From NCBI GenBank assembly GCA_965207735.1, contig OZ242296.1:1696001-1760000 (forward strand): DNA of 64,000 bases. The letters run 5' to 3'. A model generated the notes under the pieces. It did no database searches, was not told the DNA's origin, and worked only from the letters and a program-made list of their open reading frames with translations. Origin of the DNA: Candidatus Versatilivorator sp. Lineage in GTDB: Bacteria > Acidobacteriota > Terriglobia > Versatilivoradales > Versatilivoraceae. Position numbers and translations under genes: made by a program. How positions within the stretch are numbered: position 1 is the first letter of the stretch; each line of letters opens with the position of its first letter. Shown here in pieces: positions 8,207 through 17,780 of the stretch.

Positions 8207-10513
8207 TCAGTGAACGTAGGCGAATTCGCGAGAGCCGATCAGGGCCCAGACCAGGTCCTCCACCGCCTTTAGCCGCGAATCCTGGCTCTCGATCCAGCCT
8301 TCCAGCTCCCCGAGCTCTTCCGGGCTTGGAAACCGGGAAAGCGCCGCCAGATAGAACTCCTCGATGATTTCTGCATCGGAAGCCCCGGCGGCAAGCAAGC
8401 GACCGATCCGGCTTCCCTTCCCCGACAGCTTTTCGGTGTAGGTGGGGCCGGCCAAGAGATGGAGGGCCTGACCAAGGCTGGCTTCAACCTCCCGCTGGGG
8501 CACCATCTGCCGGTTGGGTCGGCCGTAGAGATCCAGAAAGCGAGAGGGGTACATGTCGCTGGAGACCAGGTTGATTGCCCGCGTCCCTTCAGGCTTGGTT
8601 CCAAATCGCTCCGGCACGCCGGTCACCTGGGAAATGGCGTCCAGCAGCACTTCGGCGTCCATAGGCCGGGGATGCGCCCGAGCGTAGTTGGTTCGATCCG
8701 TCCGGTTGCTGGCGTTGGGGAAACTGGACAGCTGATAGACCCCGGACCGAACGATTCTGCGCATCAATTGCCTCAGGTCGTAGCCGCCGTCCCTGAAGTC
8801 CTCGGCCAGCGCCGCCAGCAGGTCGGGATGGGTGGCGGGATTGGCCAGCTTGAAATCGTCCACCGGATCCACTATTCCTCGTCCGAAGAAATGGCCCCAG
8901 ATGCGGTTGACGATGGCCTCGGCAAACTCGGGCCGGTCGGGGGAGGTCATCCAATCCGCCAGGCTGGCCCGTGGATCCTCAAGCCCATTTCGTCCGGCGG
9001 TCTCTCCGCTGAGGAACGCCGGGCGAACCTTCGTCTTGTTGCGCGGGTGGATCAAGGGTCCGCCCTTTCCCAGCACACCGTGCCCTTCGGGGTCATCCAG
9101 TATGATGTTATAGGGCGCGGTGGCCGTATTGATGTCCCCCACCCGGGTCAACTGACCGTAGAAGGCGGTCATGCCCCAGAACTGGTTCTGACTCCAGGGC
9201 TCGTAGGGGTGGTTGTGGCACTGGGCGCAGTCCAACCGCCGGCCCAGAAAGACCCGCACCTGTTCTCCCATCATGTCCTGGGGAGAGGGCAGATCTCCTC
9301 CGATGAGATAGTAGTGCAGGGCCGGACCGCCGTAGCCCTGAGCCGCGATACGCTCGCGGGCCATCTGGTCGTAGGGCTTGTTGCGGGCAATCCCGTCCCG
9401 AATCCATTCCCAGTAGAGGCGGCTGTACTTGGTAAAGCCCTGCACCGACTTGCCGACCCGAAAGAGATCGGCAAACCTGAAGGTCCAATGGTCCAGAAAC
9501 TCGGGAGAATTCAGCAAGGTTTCGATCAGCCGGTCCCGCTTGTCGGGACGATCGCCGGCCAGGAATTCCCTCACTCTCTGCGGCGGGGGAAGAGTGCCGG
9601 TCAGATCCAGGCAAACTCGCCTCAGGAACTGCTGGTCGTCCGACGGCTCCGACGGCAGGATGTGCAACCGCCTCAGCTTGGCGAACGCCAGCCGATCGAT
9701 GAAGTTCCTTTGGAAAACCCGGGGATAGTCGGTCAGTGGCTGTCGAATCACCCCGATGACCACGGTTGCGGCCCGCCCCGCCGCCCGGATGACGACGGCA
9801 GTCTCGCCGTGCTGCCTGGCACGGACCAAGCCGCCCTCGCTGACCTCGGCCACCTCGGGGTCGCTGGACTCGAAGTTCACCTGATCGGTCACGTCTTCCC
9901 GAATCCCTCCGGCAAGAGTGGCCGTCACCAGAAGCTGCTGTTCCCCGCCCACCCCCATCACCGGTTGGCGGGGCGACACCTCCAGCTGTTGAATTTCCCT
10001 GCCTCGATGGTCTTCCTCCCTGCCGTAAGGGGCCCCCGCGCGGACCCATTCCACCAACGTGCGGTAGTCCGCCGAGTCGCGGCTCAGCCGCTCGCCTCCG
10101 CCGTGGGGCTCTTCCATGGTGGGCTTGGTCAGCAGCAGGCTGTTTTCCGGTTGCTTCAGGTCGATCCTGGACTGACGGGGCCCCAGCGGCTCCGGACTCA
10201 GCACCTGGTAGATGCCTCCCTGGACGATCCACTCGTGGTCGTCCCGGGGATAGAGCGCGTTGGCCGAAAGCTTGAACCCTCCGCGGCCCTTGACACTCCC
10301 GTGACATTCCTGGTTGTTGCATCCCCGCTTGGTAAGGATCCCGCCCACGTCGCGTGCGAAGCTGAAGGGCCGCGCACTACCGCCGGACTGGTCACCGCCG
10401 GCCTGCAGGGAACCAGCCTCGGCCCCCGCCAGGAGGATTCCTAGCGCCAAGGCGCAGAACCGATCCAGGCGAACCCGCTGCGCTTTTTCGGGAGCAACTC
10501 TTCTGAACATCAA
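8207..10513 (-). CDS. DUF1549/DUF1553 protein with Ig-like domain
   Basis: GCNNQECHG, FLRRVCLDLTGTLP, CAQCHNHP, NRIWGHFFGRGIVDPVDD and EDLVWALIGSREF motifs. Confidence 0.9.
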   Translation of the reverse strand: MMFRRVAPEKAQRVRLDRFCALALGILLAGAEAGSLQAGGDQSGGSARPFSFARDVGGILTKRGCNNQECHGSVKGRGGFKLSANALYPRDDHEWIVQGGIYQVLSPEPLGPRQSRIDLKQPENSLLLTKPTMEEPHGGGERLSRDSADYRTLVEWVRAGAPYGREEDHRGREIQQLEVSPRQPVMGVGGEQQLLVTATLAGGIREDVTDQVNFESSDPEVAEVSEGGLVRARQHGETAVVIRAAGRAATVVIGVIRQPLTDYPRVFQRNFIDRLAFAKLRRLHILPSEPSDDQQFLRRVCLDLTGTLPPPQRVREFLAGDRPDKRDRLIETLLNSPEFLDHWTFRFADLFRVGKSVQGFTKYSRLYWEWIRDGIARNKPYDQMARERIAAQGYGGPALHYYLIGGDLPSPQDMMGEQVRVFLGRRLDCAQCHNHPYEPWSQNQFWGMTAFYGQLTRVGDINTATAPYNIILDDPEGHGVLGKGGPLIHPRNKTKVRPAFLSGETAGRNGLEDPRASLADWMTSPDRPEFAEAIVNRIWGHFFGRGIVDPVDDFKLANPATHPDLLAALAEDFRDGGYDLRQLMRRIVRSGVYQLSSFPNASNRTDRTNYARAHPRPMDAEVLLDAISQVTGVPERFGTKPEGTRAINLVSSDMYPSRFLDLYGRPNRQMVPQREVEASLGQALHLLAGPTYTEKLSGKGSRIGRLLAAGASDAEIIEEFYLAALSRFPSPEELGELEGWIESQDSRLKAVEDLVWALIGSREFAYVH

Positions 10514-12393
10514 CTCTCCTCAGCCCCCCCGGTGGGACGAACCACCATGGTGGGGATTTCCTGGATCAACAAGCCCGGTCCGGGACCCTCGTCCGAAATC
10601 GGACGGGCCAGCAGCCGCAGCTTCACAGGAAACGACGTAGCGGGAGCGTCGGCGCCGGCCAGCAGAACGATGGTAACGCTTTCGCTCTGGGGGGAGAAGC
10701 GCACCCTCATCCGATCCTCCGGTACCGGGCCCTGGTAGGCCTTCACCTCGGTGCCCGGGAAGAACTCCACGCCCTCGGGAAGCCCCTCCAGCACAAGGGC
10801 GATGTCGCCCGAAAACCCCTCCTCCTGGTCGGTGGTCACCGTTATTTTGCTCGCCCGACCGGCCAGCAGGTTCAAGCGATCCGTGTCGGTCCGAACCTCC
10901 CCCACGTGAGGGATCTGCGGCCGCAGCAGCAGGCGATAGCGAAATCCGGCATTTCCGAAGCGGCGGGTCAGGTCGCTGACCACCAGCGAGTATTCCCCCG
11001 AACGCTCGAAGGTGTAAAGGGTCTTGGGCTCAACCGTCTTCAGGTAAAAGGTAAGTTGCCTGCCCAAGCGCTTGTAGACGTTGCTGAACAGTTCTCTTCC
11101 CTCTTCATCCAGAATGCCGAAACGGGGGTTGAACTGCGGAGGACCGACCTGCGGGGTCTCCACTTCGAAAGCCACCTGCTGGCCGCGTTCGGCTTTGACC
11201 GAATAGCGATCCACGTCACCGGGACGATCGATGGTTCCCTCGACCAGTCCTGGAATGGACACAACGAGAAGGTTCCCCTCTTTTTTCCCGTTCTCCTGTT
11301 CTTTCACCAGCGCAATCGAGGCCTGGCTGCCTCGATCATTGGCGCCGGGCTGCACGATTTCCCTGTGGCTGGAAGCGGCGCCGTTGGTCAATGAGCCGTC
11401 GGCGCCGGTCCCGTTCGAGCCCGCCGCCCTCGACCGGAGGAGGCCGAGCCGGTCGCCGTCAATGGTGCGGCGAAAGGCGCGCTCGTTCCAGGGGGAGGGC
11501 ACCCGGTTGCGACTGCTTCGATCCAGTTGGGCGAAAGTGGGAGCGCTGGAGTCGCTAATCCTCAGTTGATAGGAAAAGTGTGGGCTGCCGCCACCCAGAA
11601 ACGCCCCCACACCAACCAGGTAGCTCCCCTTCTTCAGGAACCGATATGTCAACCGGGGAAGCCGGCTTACGTGATAGGAGCTGGGGTCGTCGTTGTAGGC
11701 CAGCCGGGTGGTGCGTTCCTTGTCGAACCAACTGCCGGTTGGCTCGTAGAGGGTCAACTCCGGATCCAGGCCTACAACGTCGGGAGGCTTGCCCGGCGGC
11801 TTGCAGAAAACCTCGAAGCGCAGTTCCCGGCCTTCCGTTATCTCAAAGGCGTAGAAGTCTTCCTCGCCGTCCCGGACCACCCGGCCGTTGATCAACGCCG
11901 GAACGGGGACCTGCTGGGCCGTCGAGGGGGTCTGGTGAGGCTGGCTGGTCTCGTCCAGGACGACATCGGAATTCACCCGAAACTTCAGGGCATTGGAAAC
12001 TCCGCGTTGGGTAACCAGCCGGAAACGATGGACCCCGGCAAGGGCGGTGGGAGGGATCTCAAGCGTGACCCGAACCCCCAGGAGGACCGGTTTCTCGCTA
12101 TCTGCAGCCTCGGCAGGGCCGGACTCCTCCGAGGAAATCGGCCTAAGGTCCCGGACCCGACCCTGAAGCTGACCCTGCTCGAACCAGACCGCGCGGGCGC
12201 CCTCCAGCAGATGCCCCTGGATTTCCACTTCCAGTGTCGAGCCTGCCCGGGCTCCCAAGGGATGGACGGAGAGAATCGTGGGTTCGGTGGGGGGCGCCGG
12301 TTCCTGGGCCTGCAGCGGACCGGCCGAAAACGTAGCTGCCAGCAGCACCGCCGCCGATCCGGCGATCCTGCTCCTTGGCGAAAACACGTTCAT
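10510..12393 (-). CDS. PPC (pre-peptidase C-terminal) repeat protein of DUF1549/DUF1501 clusters
   Basis: SVHPLGARAG, INGRV...EEDFYAFE and EGTIDRPGDVDRY motifs plus a signal peptide. Start is uncertain (ORF open to 12459). Confidence 0.8.
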   Translation of the reverse strand: MNVFSPRSRIAGSAAVLLAATFSAGPLQAQEPAPPTEPTILSVHPLGARAGSTLEVEIQGHLLEGARAVWFEQGQLQGRVRDLRPISSEESGPAEAADSEKPVLLGVRVTLEIPPTALAGVHRFRLVTQRGVSNALKFRVNSDVVLDETSQPHQTPSTAQQVPVPALINGRVVRDGEEDFYAFEITEGRELRFEVFCKPPGKPPDVVGLDPELTLYEPTGSWFDKERTTRLAYNDDPSSYHVSRLPRLTYRFLKKGSYLVGVGAFLGGGSPHFSYQLRISDSSAPTFAQLDRSSRNRVPSPWNERAFRRTIDGDRLGLLRSRAAGSNGTGADGSLTNGAASSHREIVQPGANDRGSQASIALVKEQENGKKEGNLLVVSIPGLVEGTIDRPGDVDRYSVKAERGQQVAFEVETPQVGPPQFNPRFGILDEEGRELFSNVYKRLGRQLTFYLKTVEPKTLYTFERSGEYSLVVSDLTRRFGNAGFRYRLLLRPQIPHVGEVRTDTDRLNLLAGRASKITVTTDQEEGFSGDIALVLEGLPEGVEFFPGTEVKAYQGPVPEDRMRVRFSPQSESVTIVLLAGADAPATSFPVKLRLLARPISDEGPGPGLLIQEIPTMVVRPTGGAEES

Positions 12394-12650
12394 TGCATTC
12401 GCGGCCGCGCGGGCCCGGGCCGACCTGAATCCAGTAAAGTCCAATCCCAGCAAAACCATACCGCTCGGGCCTCGCCATTGTCAATTTTCGGCTGGTCCGG
12501 GTTGGCCAGCTTGAGAATGAGGCCAATCTCCGTGCTTTTCCAGTTAGGTGGTTCGCTATCTGACAGGATCTCGGAATCTCTCCACACGAGTGCTTTCCGT
12601 TATGGCTCATTCCGAGCTTGGACAACACACTTAACCCCGGCTCCAATCTC

Positions 12651-12679
12651 TTGACTAAAGACGTCCAGACGTCCATGGT
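12651..12679 (+). promoter_or_regulatory. Putative promoter of the methyltransferase, with two GACGTC sites in the spacer
   Basis: TTGACT-N17-CATGGT; GACGTC at 12660-12665 and 12668-12673. Confidence 0.4.
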
Positions 12680-12689
12680 GCTGGTTGAG

Positions 12690-13907
12690 ATGACGGAGAG
12701 GCAACCCAGATACGCTCCCGGACGTGTGAGAGACGGAATTCTGCAGGTCATGTCGTTCACGTCCAAGGCTCTCTCCGTCAAGGAGATCGGAGAACGAGTG
12801 TCTGAGGTCGTGGGACCAACCAAGGAGTCTTCCGTTCGATCCTATCTCAGGCTGAATACTCCCAGGCTGTTCATACGAGAGGAACGGGGCGTTTACAAGC
12901 TGCAATCATCCATGGCATTGGGCATCCAGCGTGGACTGCCGCTGGCGGGAGAGTCCAGGGCGCCGCTATCGTTCGGACGGGCAAGACTTTATCACGGGGA
13001 CTGTTTCGACTGGCTTGGGCAACGGGAAGACAGCAGCATTCACGCCGTTGTGACCGATCCTCCCTATGGCCTTCATGAGTACACCCGGGAACAACAAGCC
13101 AAACTCCGGCAAGGCAAGGGAGGGGTGTGGCGCATTCCTCCTTCATTCGACGGCCATCTTCGATCCCCCGTTCCGAGATTTACGACGCTAACCAAGGAAC
13201 AACTCACCTATATCGGGAATTTTTTCTTCGTTTGGACCCGCCTTTTTCTTCCGAAATTGGTTCCGGGTGCTCATGTGGTCGTGGCCTCTAATCCGCTGGT
13301 GTCCTACCTGGTGTCAGCTGCGCTTGCGGAAGCTGGGCTGGAGCGGCGTGGAGAAATCGTGAGGTTAACCATGACCATGAGGGGTGGGGACCGTCCCAAG
13401 GCTGCTCACGACGAGTTTTCCGATGTCAGTGTGATGCCGCGTTCGATGTGGGAACCCTGGGTCGTGTACCGGAAACCCCTGGAGGGAAGAGTTCAGGACA
13501 ATCTGAGAAAATGGAAGACAGGCGGTTTTCGCCGGCCAAGCCACGAGAAGCCGTTCGGGGACGTGATCGCTTCGTCGCCAACCGGAACGAGCGAACGCAA
13601 GTTGGCGCCGCATCCGAGCCTCAAGCCTCAATCCTTTCTTCGGACTCTGGTAGGCGCTGTGTTGCCACTGAGAGAAGGCACTATTCTTGATCCGTTCGCA
13701 GGCTCAGGATCAACCTTGGCGGCCGCCGAAGCTGTCGGTCATACATGCATCGGCGTGGAAATGGACGATCTCTATTTCAGGATGGCTGCCGATGCCATTC
13801 CCAAGTTGGTTCGCTACTCCCCCAAACTAGGCGGCACGGCGGGTCACGTGGTAGAGTGCTCCGCACCACGAGGACCATGCCCCGAGGCAAACGGAGATGA
13901 AGGATGA
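12690..13907 (+). CDS. Beta-class N6/N4 DNA methyltransferase with N-terminal wHTH-like domain; no cognate REase adjacent
   Basis: Motif IV VTDPPY precedes motif I LDPFAGSGST, with HPSLKP. The N-terminal ~70 aa are HTH-like. Start could be 12675. Confidence 0.88.
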   Translation: MTERQPRYAPGRVRDGILQVMSFTSKALSVKEIGERVSEVVGPTKESSVRSYLRLNTPRLFIREERGVYKLQSSMALGIQRGLPLAGESRAPLSFGRARLYHGDCFDWLGQREDSSIHAVVTDPPYGLHEYTREQQAKLRQGKGGVWRIPPSFDGHLRSPVPRFTTLTKEQLTYIGNFFFVWTRLFLPKLVPGAHVVVASNPLVSYLVSAALAEAGLERRGEIVRLTMTMRGGDRPKAAHDEFSDVSVMPRSMWEPWVVYRKPLEGRVQDNLRKWKTGGFRRPSHEKPFGDVIASSPTGTSERKLAPHPSLKPQSFLRTLVGAVLPLREGTILDPFAGSGSTLAAAEAVGHTCIGVEMDDLYFRMAADAIPKLVRYSPKLGGTAGHVVECSAPRGPCPEANGDEG

Positions 13908-14770
13908 CTTCCACCCGCTGGCATCATTTGGGGATTGTTGCTGCATTGGCAGTGACACTGATTGGTCTGTTCTCGACCGTCCACTCCCTCTCGGCTCAAG
14001 AGGAATTCGATGCCAACAGGGTGTGCAAGGAATTGCCGGAACACGAGCAGTTGACCGAGATCCTCAAGAGGGTCGTCAAGGATCCCTTGGGGAACGGCGG
14101 ACTGGGCAACGACCTGTGGGCTACCATCGTCAACCGGGACGGCGTGGTCTGCGCGGTCACGTTTTCCGGCGAAGACCGCGGCAGCCAGTGGCCGGGAAGC
14201 CGGGTGATCTCGGCTCGGAAAGCCACTACCGCCAATGCCTTCAGCCTTCCCAAGGGAGCCGGAGGAGCCCTGCCGGGCCTGGCGCTGTCGACGGCCAACC
14301 TCTATGCTGCCGTGCAGCCGGGAGGCAGTTTCTTCGGGCTCCAGTTCAGCCTCCCGGTCGATCCCCGGGTCGCCCATCGCGGCAACCCCAAGAACCATGG
14401 TGAGCCCAAGGACCCGATGGTTGGACGAAGAGTGGGGGGGATCGACGCCACCGGAGGGGGCCTGGGCCTCTATGACAGTCAGGGTGATCTCCTGGGCGCC
14501 CTGGGGGTAAGCGGCGACACCTCCTGCACCGATCACGTGGTGGCCTGGAAGGTGCGGGACGCCCTGGCTCTGGACCACGTACCGGTCGGCATCAGCCCGA
14601 CCGGAGACGACAACATCATCTTTGACATGAAGACCGATCCCGCCAGAGGCCTGGCGGTGAGCCAGGGAGGGTTCGGTCACCCCCATGATTGCGCGGGGTC
14701 GGAAGTCCGGGAAATCGCCCGGGAACTCCCTCAATCGCATCCGATCGGCGCCAACCCCAAGAACCCTTAG
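13904..14770 (+). CDS. GlcG/HbpS family heme-binding protein, secreted
   Basis: ATIVNRDG, SRVISARKATTA, GGGLGLY and GALGVSGD motifs plus a signal peptide. Confidence 0.82.
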   Translation: MTSTRWHHLGIVAALAVTLIGLFSTVHSLSAQEEFDANRVCKELPEHEQLTEILKRVVKDPLGNGGLGNDLWATIVNRDGVVCAVTFSGEDRGSQWPGSRVISARKATTANAFSLPKGAGGALPGLALSTANLYAAVQPGGSFFGLQFSLPVDPRVAHRGNPKNHGEPKDPMVGRRVGGIDATGGGLGLYDSQGDLLGALGVSGDTSCTDHVVAWKVRDALALDHVPVGISPTGDDNIIFDMKTDPARGLAVSQGGFGHPHDCAGSEVREIARELPQSHPIGANPKNP

Positions 14771-14813
14771 CAACAGCCGGCACGGTTTTTCATTACACCC
14801 TCTCCCAGTTTCA

Positions 14814-17087
14814 ATGCCGCGTCTTCCCCATTCCCTGATCACCCTGCTGGCCGCGGCCCTGCCCGTCACTGCCTCGCTGGAGGCCGCAGCCCAATCCGAC
14901 CCTGAAGGGAACGGTTCCCAAAGAACCCTCCAGGCCAAACGGGTGGCAGCGCCACCTACACTGGACGGCCGGGTCGACGAACCCCTGTGGCAGCCGATCG
15001 AGCCGGCTACCGAATTCATCCAAAGGAATCCGGAGGAAGGAGAACTTGCCAGCGAGAATACCGAGGTGCGGATCGCCTTCGACGATGAGAACCTCTACCT
15101 GGGCATCATCTGTTTCGATTCCCAACCCGAACAGATCGTGATCAACCAGAATCGGCGGGACGGGCTGAAAAACGACTCGGACTACGTCATCGTTCTGCTG
15201 GACACCTTCCACGACGGACAGAACGCCTTTATATTCGGCACCAGCCCCACCGGCATCGAGCACGACGCCCAGGTCTCCAAAGCGGGTCAGACCCGAGGAG
15301 GCGGGGGCGGCCCCTCGCGCGCCGGTGGCGGCGGAGGGGCTCAACGGGGAGGCTCCAGCGCGCTGAGCTTGAACTGGGACGGCGTCTGGGAGGTGAGGTC
15401 GCAGATTACGCAGCGCGGCTGGGAAAGCGAGATGGCCATTCCCTTCCGGACCTTGCGTTACAAGCCGGGCCCGGACCAGTCCTGGGGCCTCAACATCGAG
15501 CGCAACCTGAGGCGCCGCAACGAACTGTCCCACTGGTCCCCGGTTTCACGGGCCTTCCGCTTTATTCATGTCGACCTGGCCGGGACGCTGCAGGGGCTGG
15601 AAATCCGGAACCACCGCAGTCTCAAGCTCCTTCCCTACGTGCTGGGGGGATACAGTCAAGACTACACCCACCCCGGAGATCCATCGAAATTCGAAAGAAA
15701 CGTCGGACTGGATGTCAAGTACAGTCTCACTCCCAGCCTCACCCTGGACGGCACCGTCAATACCGATTTCGCCCAGGTTGAAGTCGACGAAGAGCAAGTC
15801 AACCTCACCCGCTTCGACCTCTTCTTCCCGGAAAAGCGCCCCTTCTTTCTGGAGAACTCGGGCTTCTTCGAATTCGGCACACCGCAGGAAGTGGAGATTT
15901 TCTTTTCCAGGCGTATCGGCATCGACCAGCACCAACACCAGGTTCCCATCGACGGAGGGGTGCGGTTGAGCGGCAAGGCCGGTCCCTACCAGATGGGTCT
16001 GCTCAACATGCAGACCCGCAAAGTCGACGGCGTGGTGCCTGCCGACAACTATTCGGTGGCGCGCTTCAGCCGGGAGCTTCCCAACCGCTCCTCTATCGGG
16101 GTCATCGGCGTCAACCGGCGTTCGACCTCCGCCCTCGAAGGCGACCGTCCTTACAATCGAACCTTCGGGGGCGATGCCAATTTCGGCCTGGGGCAATTCG
16201 CCAACTGGTACAACTACGCTGCCTTCACACAAACCCCGGGGCTCAAGAGCGGAAACCACGCCTATTCCTCCCTCCTGGAATACGACGATTCCACCCACGA
16301 GTTCAGGCTTGGCTACCTCGAAGTGGGTGGCCATTTCAATCCCGAGGTCGGTTTCGTTCCCAGGGTCGGTTACCGCAAGACCAACTACTTCTACCGATTC
16401 CACCACTATCCGAACGGCGGCCCGATACGCAGCTGGGAACCTCACGCCTCCAGAAGGGCCTGGTACTCGCTGGAAAACAATGACCTCGAATCCGACTTCC
16501 AGCACTACCACGTGGATTCCAAGTGGCAGAACGGCGCCCGGCTGGGTGTCGCCTGGAACCGAAACTTCGAGCGCCTGGACGAACCGCTGGAGGTGGTGCC
16601 CGGGGTCACCATTCCGGTGGGACGGTATGGCTACGACGAGATTATCGCCAACTATCGCACCGACCCCAGCACACCGCTCTTCCTCAGCGGCACCGCCGCG
16701 GCGGGCGGCTTCTACAACGGCAAAATCCGCGCCGTCAATCTGAACGGCGGCTACCGCCACAGCCACAGGCTTTCCTGGACGGCATCCTACCTTCGCAATA
16801 TGGTCAGTCTTCCGGTGGGAGACTTCGACGTGGACCTGGTGGGGCTGCGCTTCAACTGGTCCTTCACCCCCAAGAGCTTCCTGCAAACCTTCAGCCAGTA
16901 CAACAGCGTGTCCCAGACGCTAGGGCACAATATCCGCCTGGGACTCCTCTCGTCGGCCAGCACCGGTCTTTTCGTGGTCTACAACACCAACAATTCCACC
17001 ACGCCCCTGCTCGACGCCCATCGGCTTCCTCGCCGGACACTGACCCGAGCCCTGTTCGTCAAGTTCAACTATCTGTTCGACTACTGA
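14814..17087 (+). CDS. CBM9-like/DUF5916 outer-membrane protein
   Basis: PTLDGRVDE.LW, NTDFAQVEVD and FFPEKRPFFLE motifs; C-terminal FNYLFDY. Confidence 0.85.
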   Translation: MPRLPHSLITLLAAALPVTASLEAAAQSDPEGNGSQRTLQAKRVAAPPTLDGRVDEPLWQPIEPATEFIQRNPEEGELASENTEVRIAFDDENLYLGIICFDSQPEQIVINQNRRDGLKNDSDYVIVLLDTFHDGQNAFIFGTSPTGIEHDAQVSKAGQTRGGGGGPSRAGGGGGAQRGGSSALSLNWDGVWEVRSQITQRGWESEMAIPFRTLRYKPGPDQSWGLNIERNLRRRNELSHWSPVSRAFRFIHVDLAGTLQGLEIRNHRSLKLLPYVLGGYSQDYTHPGDPSKFERNVGLDVKYSLTPSLTLDGTVNTDFAQVEVDEEQVNLTRFDLFFPEKRPFFLENSGFFEFGTPQEVEIFFSRRIGIDQHQHQVPIDGGVRLSGKAGPYQMGLLNMQTRKVDGVVPADNYSVARFSRELPNRSSIGVIGVNRRSTSALEGDRPYNRTFGGDANFGLGQFANWYNYAAFTQTPGLKSGNHAYSSLLEYDDSTHEFRLGYLEVGGHFNPEVGFVPRVGYRKTNYFYRFHHYPNGGPIRSWEPHASRRAWYSLENNDLESDFQHYHVDSKWQNGARLGVAWNRNFERLDEPLEVVPGVTIPVGRYGYDEIIANYRTDPSTPLFLSGTAAAGGFYNGKIRAVNLNGGYRHSHRLSWTASYLRNMVSLPVGDFDVDLVGLRFNWSFTPKSFLQTFSQYNSVSQTLGHNIRLGLLSSASTGLFVVYNTNNSTTPLLDAHRLPRRTLTRALFVKFNYLFDY

Positions 17088-17096
17088 GAAACTTTC

Positions 17097-17543
17097 TCAA
17101 TCCGATTCCGGGGCCAGCTGCAACAGTTCCAGCCTCTCCCCATCCGGGCCGTAGAAGTAGCACCAGCGAACCCCATTGGCCATGGTCACCGGGGTGGAGG
17201 CGAATTCCACGCCCTTGTCGCGTAGGGACCGATAGGCCTGCTGGATGTCATCGACTTCAAAACAGATATGGCCGAATCCCATGTCATTGGCCTTGGAATC
17301 GGAGGGCATGGGACGGCTGGGAGGATTGAGGTACTGAAAGGTCTCGACCAGGGTATTGGAGCCTGGGACGGAGAAGAAGGTGGCGGCCACCCTGGTGTCG
17401 GCCAAACCCGCCCCGCGGCTGAATTCACTGTCTTCGATCGATACCTCGAGGGAAATTTCAAGTCCGAGAGTTTCCGTGTAGAACTGCTTGGTTCTGTTCA
17501 TGTCGGATACCACGATGTTGGTGTGGTGGAGACCTTTGATCAT
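17097..17543 (-). CDS. VOC/glyoxalase family protein
   Basis: HHTNIVVSD, HICFEVDD and YFYGPDGERLELL motifs. Confidence 0.85.
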   Translation of the reverse strand: MIKGLHHTNIVVSDMNRTKQFYTETLGLEISLEVSIEDSEFSRGAGLADTRVAATFFSVPGSNTLVETFQYLNPPSRPMPSDSKANDMGFGHICFEVDDIQQAYRSLRDKGVEFASTPVTMANGVRWCYFYGPDGERLELLQLAPESD

Positions 17544-17780
17544 GGTTGCGCTCCTGAGGAGAGATACACGGCAGCGCCGATTGCAAGCCAGGTCATGGGC
17601 TGCCTGGCCGGGTGCCGCCCGTTGAAATTGAGGACCGGCTCCGCCGCGGTTCCGGTGGTTCAGCCCCCTCCAACTCTATCGCTTTCACCGGCGGTTTGGA
17701 ACAGTGACATGACCAGGACAATCGCCGGCCGGCAATGGTGATATCATGCGGCCTGTCCTCGATCAGGAAAGGCCTGAACA

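Noticed and set aside
12690-14770. Complete type II restriction-modification system
   Set aside because: The downstream gene is a secreted GlcG/HbpS protein and the upstream gene is the divergent PPC protein; no endonuclease candidate.
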